A DNA stretch of 64,000 nucleotides from Candidatus Latescibacterota bacterium (GTDB lineage Bacteria > Latescibacterota > UBA2968 > UBA8231): positions 3,744,001-3,808,000 of the forward strand of contig OZ253462.1 of the NCBI GenBank assembly GCA_965261395.1, written 5' to 3'. Positions 49,718-59,098 of the stretch are shown one piece after another; position 1 is the stretch's first letter, and every line of letters begins with the position of its first letter. The notes beneath the pieces are model-generated. The model saw nothing but the letters and a program-made list of their open reading frames with translations, was not told the origin of the DNA and searched no databases. The position numbers and the translations under genes were made by a program.

Positions 49718-51262
49718 ATGCAGCGGCTCTGCGGGCTAGAAACCGAATACGGCATCCAAGTTGGTGAGGGCGAGTCCATAGACGTGGTGGTAGAATCCAT
49801 GGAGTTGATCCGCTGCTATGTGCGCCAGGATTTTGTCGCCCTCTGGAATTACGCGCTCGAAAACCCGCGGCTCGACATGCGCGGCTTTGAGGTCGCCGAG
49901 CTTCGCAACGACAAGGACGAGACCGTCCACTTGCAGAAGGATCGCCAGCGCCCGATCCAGCTAGCGGACCTCAAAAGCGACTTGATCGTCCACAACGGTG
50001 CCCGCCTCTACAACGACCACACCCACCCGGAATTTTCTACTCCCGAATGCTATAGCCTCCGCGACTTAGTAGCTGTCGATCGCGCCGGGGAGCGGATTCT
50101 TCTCCAATGCGCGCGCCAGCGCACCGAGGATCGCGGCCGGGGCGTGGTGCGCTTGTACAAAAACAACACCGACTTCGAGGGGCACAGCTATGGCTGCCAC
50201 GAGAACTTCCTGCTCAGCCGCGACATGCCCTTCCAGCAGGTGATCAACGGGCTGCTGCCCTTTGTGGTGACGCGGCAAATTTTTGCCGGGGCCGGCAAGG
50301 TCGGCATTGAACAGGACACCCGGGCGCGGGCCGCCATCTATCAGCTAACCCAGCGCGCGGACTTTTTCGAAGTCATCGCCAGCGTCGATACCATGCACCG
50401 CCGCCCGCTGGTCAATACCCGCGACGAGCCGCACGCCGATCCAGCGCTCTACCGCCGCCTGCATCTGATCATCGGTGACGCCAACATGTGCGAATACGCC
50501 ACCGCGCTCAAGGTCGGCACGGCTTCCTTGGTGCTGGACCTGCTAGAGGCCGGCGCGTTGCCCGCGTTTGCCTTGGCCGATCCCATTGGCGCGCTCAAAG
50601 CCATTTCCCGCGACGAGTCCCGGCAGTGGCCGGTGGCCTTGTCCGGAGGAGATTCGAGCTCGGCGCTGGAGATCCAGACGGCCATTATGGCGGCGGCGGC
50701 GCGGATTTTTCAAGGCCGCGACGCGGAGACCGATTGGGTGCTCGCGGCTTGGCGCGACGTGTTGGAATCCCTCGCGCGCGACCCGCAAGAGCTGATTGGA
50801 CGCCTCGATTGGGTGACCAAAAAGTGGCTTTTGGATGCGTTTGCCGAGTCCGAGGGGCTCGATTGGGAACGACCGGAGGACCGCGCTTGGCTGCAAAGCC
50901 AAGATCTCGAATACCACAACATCGACCCGGCTGAGGGGCTATACTCGACGCTCGAAGCCGCCGGCCAAGTAGAGCGCATTGTCTCCGAGGAGGCGGTGGG
51001 CCGGGCGTTGGTCGATCCGCCCGGGGACACGCGGGCCTATTTCCGCGGCAAGATGTTGCAGAAATTTGCCGCCGCGGTGCGCTCGCTCAACTGGGACAGC
51101 ATTGAGCTGGAACTCGACGGCCGCTGCGAGGTCATTGACCTCAAGGCTTGTGTCAGCCGGGAGACAGCGGCTTATTATAATCAAGCCCTAGACGCGGCTT
51201 TGAGCATCGAGGATTTGCTCGCCAGATTGGGTAGAAACCCGAAACCGGAGGTATCACCATGA
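49718..51262 (+). CDS. dop: Dop-type deamidase/depupylase
   Basis: GLETEYG, NGARLYNDHTHPEFSTPEC, NTRDEPHAD. Confidence 0.88.
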   Translation: MQRLCGLETEYGIQVGEGESIDVVVESMELIRCYVRQDFVALWNYALENPRLDMRGFEVAELRNDKDETVHLQKDRQRPIQLADLKSDLIVHNGARLYNDHTHPEFSTPECYSLRDLVAVDRAGERILLQCARQRTEDRGRGVVRLYKNNTDFEGHSYGCHENFLLSRDMPFQQVINGLLPFVVTRQIFAGAGKVGIEQDTRARAAIYQLTQRADFFEVIASVDTMHRRPLVNTRDEPHADPALYRRLHLIIGDANMCEYATALKVGTASLVLDLLEAGALPAFALADPIGALKAISRDESRQWPVALSGGDSSSALEIQTAIMAAAARIFQGRDAETDWVLAAWRDVLESLARDPQELIGRLDWVTKKWLLDAFAESEGLDWERPEDRAWLQSQDLEYHNIDPAEGLYSTLEAAGQVERIVSEEAVGRALVDPPGDTRAYFRGKMLQKFAAAVRSLNWDSIELELDGRCEVIDLKACVSRETAAYYNQALDAALSIEDLLARLGRNPKPEVSP

Positions 51263-51447
51263 GCGATTTTATCCACTACCGGGAGCGCGTCCCTCGGCCG
51301 ACCAAGCCGATCGACGATGGCGAGGAGCCGGATACCGGTCCGCGCCGGCCGAGAGTCGAGCGCCCCAGCACGGACGACATTCTCAAGCGGATGCGCCGAG
51401 TAGATCCGAATCAGGCCCGTCGCTACCGCCAGCGCACCGGACAGTAG
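51259..51447 (+). CDS. ubact: Ubiquitin-like modifier UBact
   Basis: 62 aa, disordered, ends KRMRRVDPNQARRYRQRTGQ; sits between dop and prcB. Confidence 0.92.
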   Translation: MSDFIHYRERVPRPTKPIDDGEEPDTGPRRPRVERPSTDDILKRMRRVDPNQARRYRQRTGQ

Positions 51448-51453
51448 CCGCCG

Positions 51454-52212
51454 ATGGAAAGCTGCGATTTCCTTGAGTTGCTCAAGGAGCGGGGGCTTTT
51501 GCCCGCCGCCCCGCCCTTTGCTCCAGAAGCGTCTTTGCAGCCAGTCGAGGGCACCACGATTATAGCGGTGCGCTGCGCCGACGGGGTGGTGGTAGCCGGC
51601 GACCGCCGCGCCACCATGGGCAACTCGGTGGTGTACGACCGCGCCGACAAAGTGCTGATCATCGACGATGAAGCGGTCATGGCCATTGCCGGCTCGCCGG
51701 CGGTGGCGTGGGACATTGCGCGCATGCTGGAAATGTCGGTGCAGTACTATCGCCGCAGCCAGCTCCAAGGGCTGAGCTTGGACGGCAAGGTGCGGACTTT
51801 GTCGCGGCTGTTGCGCCAGAACCTGCCGCTGGCCATGCAGGGGATTGGCGCGGTGGTGCCGATCTTTGCGGCCTTTGACCACGCGGCCGCGGAGGGCAAA
51901 ATTTTCTTTTACGATCTCTTGGGGGCTGAGTTCGAGTGTGTGGATTTCTGCGCCACCGGGTCGGGCGCGCACATTGTGCGCGGCGCGCTGTACTACCAAA
52001 ACCGCTGGGGGCCACAGCCGCTGCGGGAGATGGCCGGGGAGCAGGCTGTCGAACTGTTGCTCAAGATGCTGGAGACGGCCGCTGAATACGACACGGCGAC
52101 CGGCGGCTTCCGCGAGTCCGCGCACATCTTTCCCCAGGTCGTACAGGTGACGGCCGCGGGCTTGAGTGCCGTGCCCGAAGCAGAGCTGGCCGCGCTCTAT
52201 CAAAGGGCTTGA
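51454..52212 (+). CDS. prcB: 20S proteasome beta subunit
   Basis: Propeptide then EG/TTIIA, AGDRRATMG, ATGSG. Confidence 0.93.
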   Translation: MESCDFLELLKERGLLPAAPPFAPEASLQPVEGTTIIAVRCADGVVVAGDRRATMGNSVVYDRADKVLIIDDEAVMAIAGSPAVAWDIARMLEMSVQYYRRSQLQGLSLDGKVRTLSRLLRQNLPLAMQGIGAVVPIFAAFDHAAAEGKIFFYDLLGAEFECVDFCATGSGAHIVRGALYYQNRWGPQPLREMAGEQAVELLLKMLETAAEYDTATGGFRESAHIFPQVVQVTAAGLSAVPEAELAALYQRA

Positions 52213-52217
52213 GGCGC

Positions 52218-52979
52218 ATGTTAGAAGAACCTTATCGCTGGGTCGAGGCCATCAACAACCGCCGCGAATACTTGGAAGACCAACTCGCGAGCGGCAGTCC
52301 GGTGGTGGGTACGACGTATGCCGACGGGGTGCTGCTGCTGACAGCTACTCCAGGCCCGCGCAAGCTCTTTGAGGTGTACGACGAGATTGCCTTCGCGGCC
52401 GTGGGGCACCCGTCCGACATTGAGAAGCTGCGCAAAGCCGTCATCGACATCGCCCATCTCGAAGGATTTAACCTGTCGGCCAACGACGTGACCTTGCAGC
52501 GGTTGGTCAGCTTTGGCATTGGCCCGCTGATGAAGGCGGCTTTCGACGAGCTATTTCGCTCGCCCTTCATCGCCCGCGTGATGATGGCCGAGCTAGACCC
52601 GGACGGCGGCGGAGACTCCTTTTTCACCATTGACGCCGATGGGTCCTTTGCCCGGAGCGGCGGGGTGGCGGCCCTCAGCGGCAGCGCGGAGAGCGCGCAG
52701 GCCATGACGGCACAACTGCAAGCGGCCGACCCGGAGCTGCCTCTCAGCCAAGCCTTGGGCGCGGCGTTGGAGGTATGGGGATTGGGCCGGTTGACCCTCG
52801 ACGCCCGCGATGGCGAGGTGCCCAACGCGGAGGCGGTTTGCGATTTTCTCAAGGGCGGTTTGCAAGGGCTGACCATCGAGGCCGCAGTACTCGACCGCGA
52901 GCGCGTCGCCAAGTCGAAGTTCCGCATGCTCACCGCGGAACAACTAGCCGAGCCACTTGCTTCCTACTTCGAGGTCTAG
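52218..52979 (+). CDS. prcA: 20S proteasome alpha subunit
   Basis: GSPVV, KLFEVYDEIAFAAVG, IEAAVLDR. Confidence 0.9.
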   Translation: MLEEPYRWVEAINNRREYLEDQLASGSPVVGTTYADGVLLLTATPGPRKLFEVYDEIAFAAVGHPSDIEKLRKAVIDIAHLEGFNLSANDVTLQRLVSFGIGPLMKAAFDELFRSPFIARVMMAELDPDGGGDSFFTIDADGSFARSGGVAALSGSAESAQAMTAQLQAADPELPLSQALGAALEVWGLGRLTLDARDGEVPNAEAVCDFLKGGLQGLTIEAAVLDRERVAKSKFRMLTAEQLAEPLASYFEV

Positions 52980-52980
52980 T

Positions 52981-54408
52981 ATGGAAGATCGCATCTACGG
53001 GATAGAGACCGAGTACGGCTGTCTGCCGCCGGCTTCAGATCCCTTTTTGAGTCCCGATTTCGTTTCGATAAAGGTCAAGGACTGCGTGTTCTACCGCGAG
53101 GGCTTGGGCATTGTCGATATGCACTATCGGGGCCGAGACGAGCCGCCCGGCAACGGCGGCTTTCTCTTCAACGGTGGGCGCGTGTACATCGACATGGGCC
53201 ACGTCGAGTACGCCACCCCGGAATGCACCGGCCTTTTTGATTTGGTGGCCGCCGACCGGGCTGGCGAGCGGTTGGTGCAGCGCGCGCTAGACCAGCTTGG
53301 CTTGGCCGATAGCGCGGCCTTTTTCAAGAACAATATCGACCACTACACAGGGGCTACTTTTGGCTGTCACGAAAACTACCTCGTGCGGCGGGAGGTGCCG
53401 TTTTCGCAAGTATTATTGCCGACCATGTTGCCCTTTTTCGTCACCCGCCAGATATTCGCCGGCGCTGGCCGAGTCGGTTGTCACACGGATATTTTCGAGT
53501 ACGGCAATGCCGAGGACGAAGGCGTTGAATTCCAACTCTCGCAGCGGGCCGATCACATCGTCACCGAGATCTACCAGTGGATCCAGTTCAGTCGCGCGAT
53601 CATTAACACGCGCGACGAGCCGCTGGCCGATTGGGGGCTGTACCGCCGCTTGCACCTGCTGGTAGGCGACTCGAATATGATGGAGTACGCCACGGCCCTG
53701 AAAGTGGGCACCACGGCCTTGGTGTTGCAGCTTTTGGAAGAGCAAGAGCGCGTGATCTGCGACGACATCAAGCTCCTCGATCCGGTGCAGGCCATCCGCG
53801 ACATTTCGCGCGACATGACCTATCGCTGGGAAGTGCAGCTAGAGGACGGCCGCTACACTACTGCGACGGAGATACAGCGCACGTATCTCGACTTGGCCGA
53901 GCGCTACCTGCGCGGTCGGGATGAAGAGGGTGACTGGGTGTTGGATGAGTGGCGCTTTGTCATCGACGCCTTAGAACACGATCCCGGGTGCTTGGTCGAT
54001 CGCGTCGATTGGGTGGCCAAGAAGTGGCTGTTGGAGTACTTCATGCGGGAAGAGGGGCTGGACTGGCAGGATACTTGGATCCAAAGTTTGGATTTGGAAT
54101 ACCACAATCTCAACACGGCGCGAAGCCTCTATTTCGATCTGTACGAGCGCGGGTTGGTCAAGCGAATCGTCAGCGACGAGCAGATCAATCAGGCCATCAC
54201 GCATCCCCCGGCCAATACCCGCGCTCTCGCCCGCTCCCGAGTGATGAGGGCGCTGACCGACCAGAAGACGCGTTACCAAATTGATTGGGACTCCATTTGC
54301 GTGGGCGACGATAAGTTCCTCAGCCTCGACGACCCCTTTCTCATCTATGATCGCGAAGCCGAAGTCTTCATCCGCGAATGCCGGCAGATGCCGGTCGATA
54401 AGTTTTGA
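52981..54408 (+). CDS. pafA: PafA-type ligase
   Basis: RIYGIETEYG, HVEYATPEC, GCHENY, SQRADH, RRLHLLVGDSN. Confidence 0.9.
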   Translation: MEDRIYGIETEYGCLPPASDPFLSPDFVSIKVKDCVFYREGLGIVDMHYRGRDEPPGNGGFLFNGGRVYIDMGHVEYATPECTGLFDLVAADRAGERLVQRALDQLGLADSAAFFKNNIDHYTGATFGCHENYLVRREVPFSQVLLPTMLPFFVTRQIFAGAGRVGCHTDIFEYGNAEDEGVEFQLSQRADHIVTEIYQWIQFSRAIINTRDEPLADWGLYRRLHLLVGDSNMMEYATALKVGTTALVLQLLEEQERVICDDIKLLDPVQAIRDISRDMTYRWEVQLEDGRYTTATEIQRTYLDLAERYLRGRDEEGDWVLDEWRFVIDALEHDPGCLVDRVDWVAKKWLLEYFMREEGLDWQDTWIQSLDLEYHNLNTARSLYFDLYERGLVKRIVSDEQINQAITHPPANTRALARSRVMRALTDQKTRYQIDWDSICVGDDKFLSLDDPFLIYDREAEVFIRECRQMPVDKF

Positions 54409-54446
54409 TGTAGGCCGCTAGGCCATGCAAGTCTCAGGAGATTGTC

Positions 54447-54710
54447 ATGCGTAGCTATAGAGCACTCCTCCACGGGAACCGTCTCGAGTGGCTGGAAGAA
54501 GCACCAGAACCTCATAAAGACGTGCCGTTGCAGGTCCATGTAATGGTGCTAGAGCAAGCGAGTTTCGCCGATACGGACACAAGGGGACGCGCTATGGCGG
54601 CGATACTTGAAAAGCTAGCGGAAAGCGGTGCGTTTTCCGCGATTGCTGACCCTGCAAAGTGGCAACGCGCACTCCGTCGAGACCGCGTATTGCCGGAGCG
54701 CGAAGAGTAG
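54447..54710 (+). CDS. Putative VapB-like antitoxin
   Basis: Coupled upstream of the PIN toxin; DP.KWQR..RRDR.LP tail. Confidence 0.7.
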   Translation: MRSYRALLHGNRLEWLEEAPEPHKDVPLQVHVMVLEQASFADTDTRGRAMAAILEKLAESGAFSAIADPAKWQRALRRDRVLPEREE

Positions 54711-55093
54711 TGCTCATTGACAGCAACATTCTTATCTATGCATCCCAATCTACACATGCTCATCTGAGACAGTTGATTGTTAAGTATGCGCCGGCCATTT
54801 CAGCCGTCAGTTACGTAGAAGTCCTCGGGTATCATCAACTCGATGACGAGGAGCGGCAATACTTGGAGGCATTTTTTCGCTTGGCTCAGGTCCTACCTCT
54901 TTCGCAAGACGTCCTCGACCGAGCAGTAACCCTCCGACAGCAGAAAAAAATGTCCCTCGGTGATGCCCTCGTAGCCGGGACTGCGCTAATACACGAACTG
55001 ACGTTGGTAACTCGTAATGTGGAGGATTTTCAGTGGATTCAGGAATTGTCATTATTGAACCCTTTTGAATCTGGAACTCTACAAGACCACTAA
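54710..55093 (+). CDS. vapC: VapC PIN-domain toxin
   Basis: LIDSNILIY, SYVEVL, LGDALVAGTAL, LVTRNVEDF. Confidence 0.9.
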   Translation: MLIDSNILIYASQSTHAHLRQLIVKYAPAISAVSYVEVLGYHQLDDEERQYLEAFFRLAQVLPLSQDVLDRAVTLRQQKKMSLGDALVAGTALIHELTLVTRNVEDFQWIQELSLLNPFESGTLQDH

Positions 55094-55120
55094 GTCCACT
55101 CCCGATAGGGAATTCTCAAA

Positions 55121-57088
55121 ATGAACAGATGGACTAAGTTAAGCATCGATTATGCAAACCAGAGGTCGTACTTGGATGATTTATTTCAAGTCTATCCAAC
55201 GATTCCAGAAGGAATAAGAGATATAGACAAAAAATCTTGGGCCAAAATTGAGCAAGCATTTTATGATGAAGATAATTATACTCTAGTCTGCGAGTTATTA
55301 GAACTTGACTTATTTCCAATAAAGGCTTTGGTGCATGGATCGGTATTTTTGGGTTTCTCGGTTGAATAAAGACAGGCTCCTCAGTAGATTGGGCATGACT
55401 TTTTTGCGAAAAGACTCTATGCCTTCTCTTCCAAGGAACCTGTCCTGTCCAACGTATCGTCTGCTCCGTCTTCGGTCAAGCCCCGTCGCCGTCGCTCGAA
55501 GGTTGTGTATCGGGTGCGTAATTGGCCTGATTATGATGCGGGGCTTACCCAGCGCGGTAGCCTGACGGTGTGGTTTTCCCCCCAAGCGGTCGAAGCGTGG
55601 TATTATCAAGGGCCGCGCCAACGGGGGGCGCAATATACCTTTTCGGACGTAGCCATCCACACGGCGTTGACGTTGCGGCTTATGTATCACTTGCCGCTAC
55701 GCCAAACCGAGGGGTTTGTCGCTTCCATTGTAGCCTTGATGGGCTTGGCTATACGGGTGCCGGATCATACGACCCTCTCGCGGCGTCAGGCTGACTTGAC
55801 AGTAGCGTTGCCTACCCAGCCCACGGATCAACCCCGGCATTGGGTCGTTGATTCGACGGGGTTGAAGGGGTATGGCGAAGGCGAGTGGAAGGTGCGTCAG
55901 CACGGCTGGGGCAAGCGGCGCACCTGGCGCAAATTGCACCTTGGGGTCGACGAAGCCACCGGCGAGATCGTCGCCCAGACGTTGACGGCCAATCGCCCAG
56001 ATGATGCCGGGCAGGTCGAGCCGTTGCTGGAGCAAGTCGCGGCCCCCATCGCGGCGGTGGGCGGGGATGGAGCCTATGATAAACGCAAGGTGTTTGAGGC
56101 GTTGGCTGCGCCGGACCGAGGGCCGCCGATCCGGCCGATCATTCCGCCGCGCAAAGACGCCAAAATCCAGCAACATGGCAACTGCAACGCGGAGCCGTTG
56201 CCCCGCGATGAGACGATCCGAACCATCCGTAGCCGGGGCCGTCGAACCTGGAAAAAAACCAGTGGCTATCATCGCCGATCCCTCGTCGAAACCCAGATCG
56301 GCCGCTACAAACAGAGCCTCGGCGACACCTTGCACGCCCGAACCCTATCCCACCAACAAACCGAAACACGAGTGGGATGTGCCATACTCAACCGGCTATT
56401 GCATTTGGCTAAGCCCGAGTCCTATCCGATAACCAAGGAAGTCTAAAACACACCAGACAAGGGGCAACACGGCCCCGACAGTTTTCATGCACCAAAGCCT
56501 CCAATAAAAGATAGCTATATTGCCTATCTGAGAAGAGATAGAAGTGCATTAGGCAGAAATCCTAGAACGATAAATAGAATATGCGGTAGGTTATATGAAA
56601 TGGGCATTGACAAAATTTTTGAAAGATGCACTGAACCGAAAGAAACTAATAGACAAATTGGCCCTATGTTTCGAGATTGGTTAAGAAAAAAATCATTGGG
56701 TGTTAGTCCTGTCGATTTAGCAACTTTTGTATCAAGTACTGGAGATGCAGTTTTAGATGGAAGTGATGAAGAAAATATGAATTTTGCTAAAAAGTATTTA
56801 GGCTATAAACACAATAAAGGATTAGATATTGTGGCGAGATTTAACAATAAGTATGTGATTGGGGAAGCAAAATTTCTTACAGATTTTGGCGGACATCAAA
56901 ATGCCCAATTTAACGATGCTATTAGTACTGTGGAAACAGAGGGCGTAAATGCTGTAAAGGTTGCCATATTGGATGGGGTTCTTTATATAAAAAGAAAAAA
57001 TAAAATGCATAAATTAATAACCGAAGATTATAAAGGATATAACATTATGAGTGCTCTTGTATTGCGAGACTTTTTGTACCAAATATAA
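55121..57088 (+). pseudogene. Type II restriction endonuclease (probably Tsp45I-like) interrupted by an IS
   Basis: Removing the IS and one target duplication restores DLFPIK/DSYIAYL and an ORF with LDIV...IGEAKF. Very AT-rich; the family name is from recall. Confidence 0.8.
55324..56499 (+). mobile_element. IS5-family (IS903-type) element, transposase about 55505-56446
   Basis: Inverted repeats GGCTTTGGTGCATG/CATGCACCAAAGCC, 9-bp target duplication TCCAATAAA. YRVRNW, DSTGLK, WRKLH, DGAYD. Confidence 0.95.
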
Positions 57089-57106
57089 TTGAGGAGGTAT
57101 ATACCT

Positions 57107-57652
57107 GTGAATTTACTTATCCAAGGTCAACTGTTCTATTTCCCGATGAACTTCCTCAAGAAGGCTACCGGACTCATTGACAAATATCTAGAGAACCTTG
57201 ATGAGAGAAAAGAGAATTGTCCTGATCCCGATAGCTTTGGGTTCTACGACGATGGCGAGCATATCACTGGTCTTGGTTTCGTTGTATGCCAGTACTACAT
57301 CACAGCCATTTATTCTTTTTATAAAGAAAACAAATCGGCAGCACTAAAGCGCGGTCCAAAACATTGTACAGGCCTACCTTTTGCAGAACTGATAAACGCA
57401 TGCGCCAATTATTGGAAGCATCATGAAGAGTGGCGAGGAGTGCCGAAGGAACAATTGAGGCCTGACTCTGCCAAGACCATTAAGGCCATGAAGAGTTTAG
57501 GGATTAAAGCGGCAGAGGGTTACTATCCGCTTAATAACGCCTTCTGTAAATTGCTCGGTTCCCCTCCTTATAGGTTCAACGCTCTCCTACCGCTTCTGAA
57601 AGAATGGAGAGAAGCAGTGCGTCAAGCGGCTAAAGAGGCTAAAGGGCCTTGA
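57107..57652 (+). CDS. Hypothetical protein inserted between the R and M genes
   Basis: Open frame with INACANYWKHHEEW; its start copies the methyltransferase start. Confidence 0.65.
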   Translation: MNLLIQGQLFYFPMNFLKKATGLIDKYLENLDERKENCPDPDSFGFYDDGEHITGLGFVVCQYYITAIYSFYKENKSAALKRGPKHCTGLPFAELINACANYWKHHEEWRGVPKEQLRPDSAKTIKAMKSLGIKAAEGYYPLNNAFCKLLGSPPYRFNALLPLLKEWREAVRQAAKEAKGP

Positions 57653-57719
57653 ACCATGACGTCGAACTGGACCAACTATACGATGTGGACGGATGCCAAT
57701 CTAGACGAGGTATATACTG

Positions 57720-58760
57720 ATGAACCTACTCATTGAAGGCGACAACACCAAAGGCTTGAACTACCTTCTACGAGAAAAAAATATCAAAGAAAAAATAGAC
57801 TTGGTGTACATCGATCCGCCCTTTGCCACTGGTATTAATTTCACCATTACCGAAGATCGCGCTGCGACGATTAGCAATTCAAAACGTGGATCCGTCGCTT
57901 ATTCTGATCGATTAGTAGGTTCTGAGTTTGTTGATTTTTTGCGCGAAAGATTGCTCTTGCTAAGGGAACTTTTATCTACAAGTGGTTCAATTTACTTGCA
58001 TATCGACTATAAGATCGGCCATTACATCAAAGTTATGATGGACGAAGTGTTCGGCATAGAGAATTTTCGCAACGACATAACGAGAATAAAGTGCAATCCC
58101 AAGAATTTTAAGAGAACGGGCTATGGCAACGTAAAAGACTTGATTCTCTTTTACAGTAAAACAGCGCATCCTATATGGAATGAACCAAGAGAGAAATACT
58201 CGGCAGAAGATATAGGGAGGCTATTCCCTAAGACGGACAAACGAGGAAGGCGCTATACTACAGTGCCGATTCACGCGCCGGGAGAAACTCAACGCGGAAA
58301 ATCCAATCAGCCATTTAGAGGCATGATGCCGCCAAAGGGCCGGCATTGGAGAACTGATGTCGAGACGCTAGAAAGATGGGATAAAGAGGGTCTGATAGAA
58401 TGGTCGGCAACGGGTAACCCAAGAAAAGTAGTATTTGCAGATGAGAGAGAGGGTAAGAGGGTACAAGATATTTGGGAGTATAAAGACCCCCAATATCCAG
58501 TGTATCCAACGGAGAAAAACTCCGAACTCTTGGACTTGATTATTCGCACTTCTTCCAATCCGGGAAGTATTGTGCTGGACTGTTTCTGCGGATCAGGGAC
58601 GACGTTAAAATCCGCTCAGCGGCTCAACAGAAATTGGATCGGTATTGACCAATCGGAACACGCGATTAAAGCAACGGTCGAAAAACTTGAGGACATCGAA
58701 GACGATTTTTTTACGGGCAAGCTAGAATACGAGTTTTTGAAACTCGCTGTGGCGGATTGA
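57720..58760 (+). CDS. Beta-class N6-adenine/N4-cytosine DNA methyltransferase
   Basis: YIDPPF precedes LDCFCGSGTT; YPTEK. Confidence 0.93.
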   Translation: MNLLIEGDNTKGLNYLLREKNIKEKIDLVYIDPPFATGINFTITEDRAATISNSKRGSVAYSDRLVGSEFVDFLRERLLLLRELLSTSGSIYLHIDYKIGHYIKVMMDEVFGIENFRNDITRIKCNPKNFKRTGYGNVKDLILFYSKTAHPIWNEPREKYSAEDIGRLFPKTDKRGRRYTTVPIHAPGETQRGKSNQPFRGMMPPKGRHWRTDVETLERWDKEGLIEWSATGNPRKVVFADEREGKRVQDIWEYKDPQYPVYPTEKNSELLDLIIRTSSNPGSIVLDCFCGSGTTLKSAQRLNRNWIGIDQSEHAIKATVEKLEDIEDDFFTGKLEYEFLKLAVAD

Positions 58761-58788
58761 AAGCAGCACTTTTGAAAGTGAGCATTCT

Positions 58789-59028
58789 ATGCTAACGGCC
58801 TATATCCAATCGGCAATGAGACGCGCGACATACGAGATCCTCGACGATCAAACGTTTTATGGAGAAATCATTGGATTTCAAGGCGTGTATGCAAATACTG
58901 ATACTTTAGAACAGTGCCACGAAGAATTGCAATCCGTGCTTGAAGGCTGGATCATCCTCGGATTGAGAATGGACCATCTGATTCCACAAGTAGATGGGTT
59001 GCGCTTGGATAGCGTACTTACTATCTAA
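58789..59028 (+). CDS. Orphan HicB-family antitoxin
   Basis: MLTAYIQSAMRRATYEIL...FYGEI..FQGVYA...LEGWI. Confidence 0.8.
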   Translation: MLTAYIQSAMRRATYEILDDQTFYGEIIGFQGVYANTDTLEQCHEELQSVLEGWIILGLRMDHLIPQVDGLRLDSVLTI

Positions 59029-59098
59029 CGGATAAAACACCGTTGCGATGCCTAGGGCTAATTTTTTGGAATTTCACTATGGGACCAACCCTAAAGGA

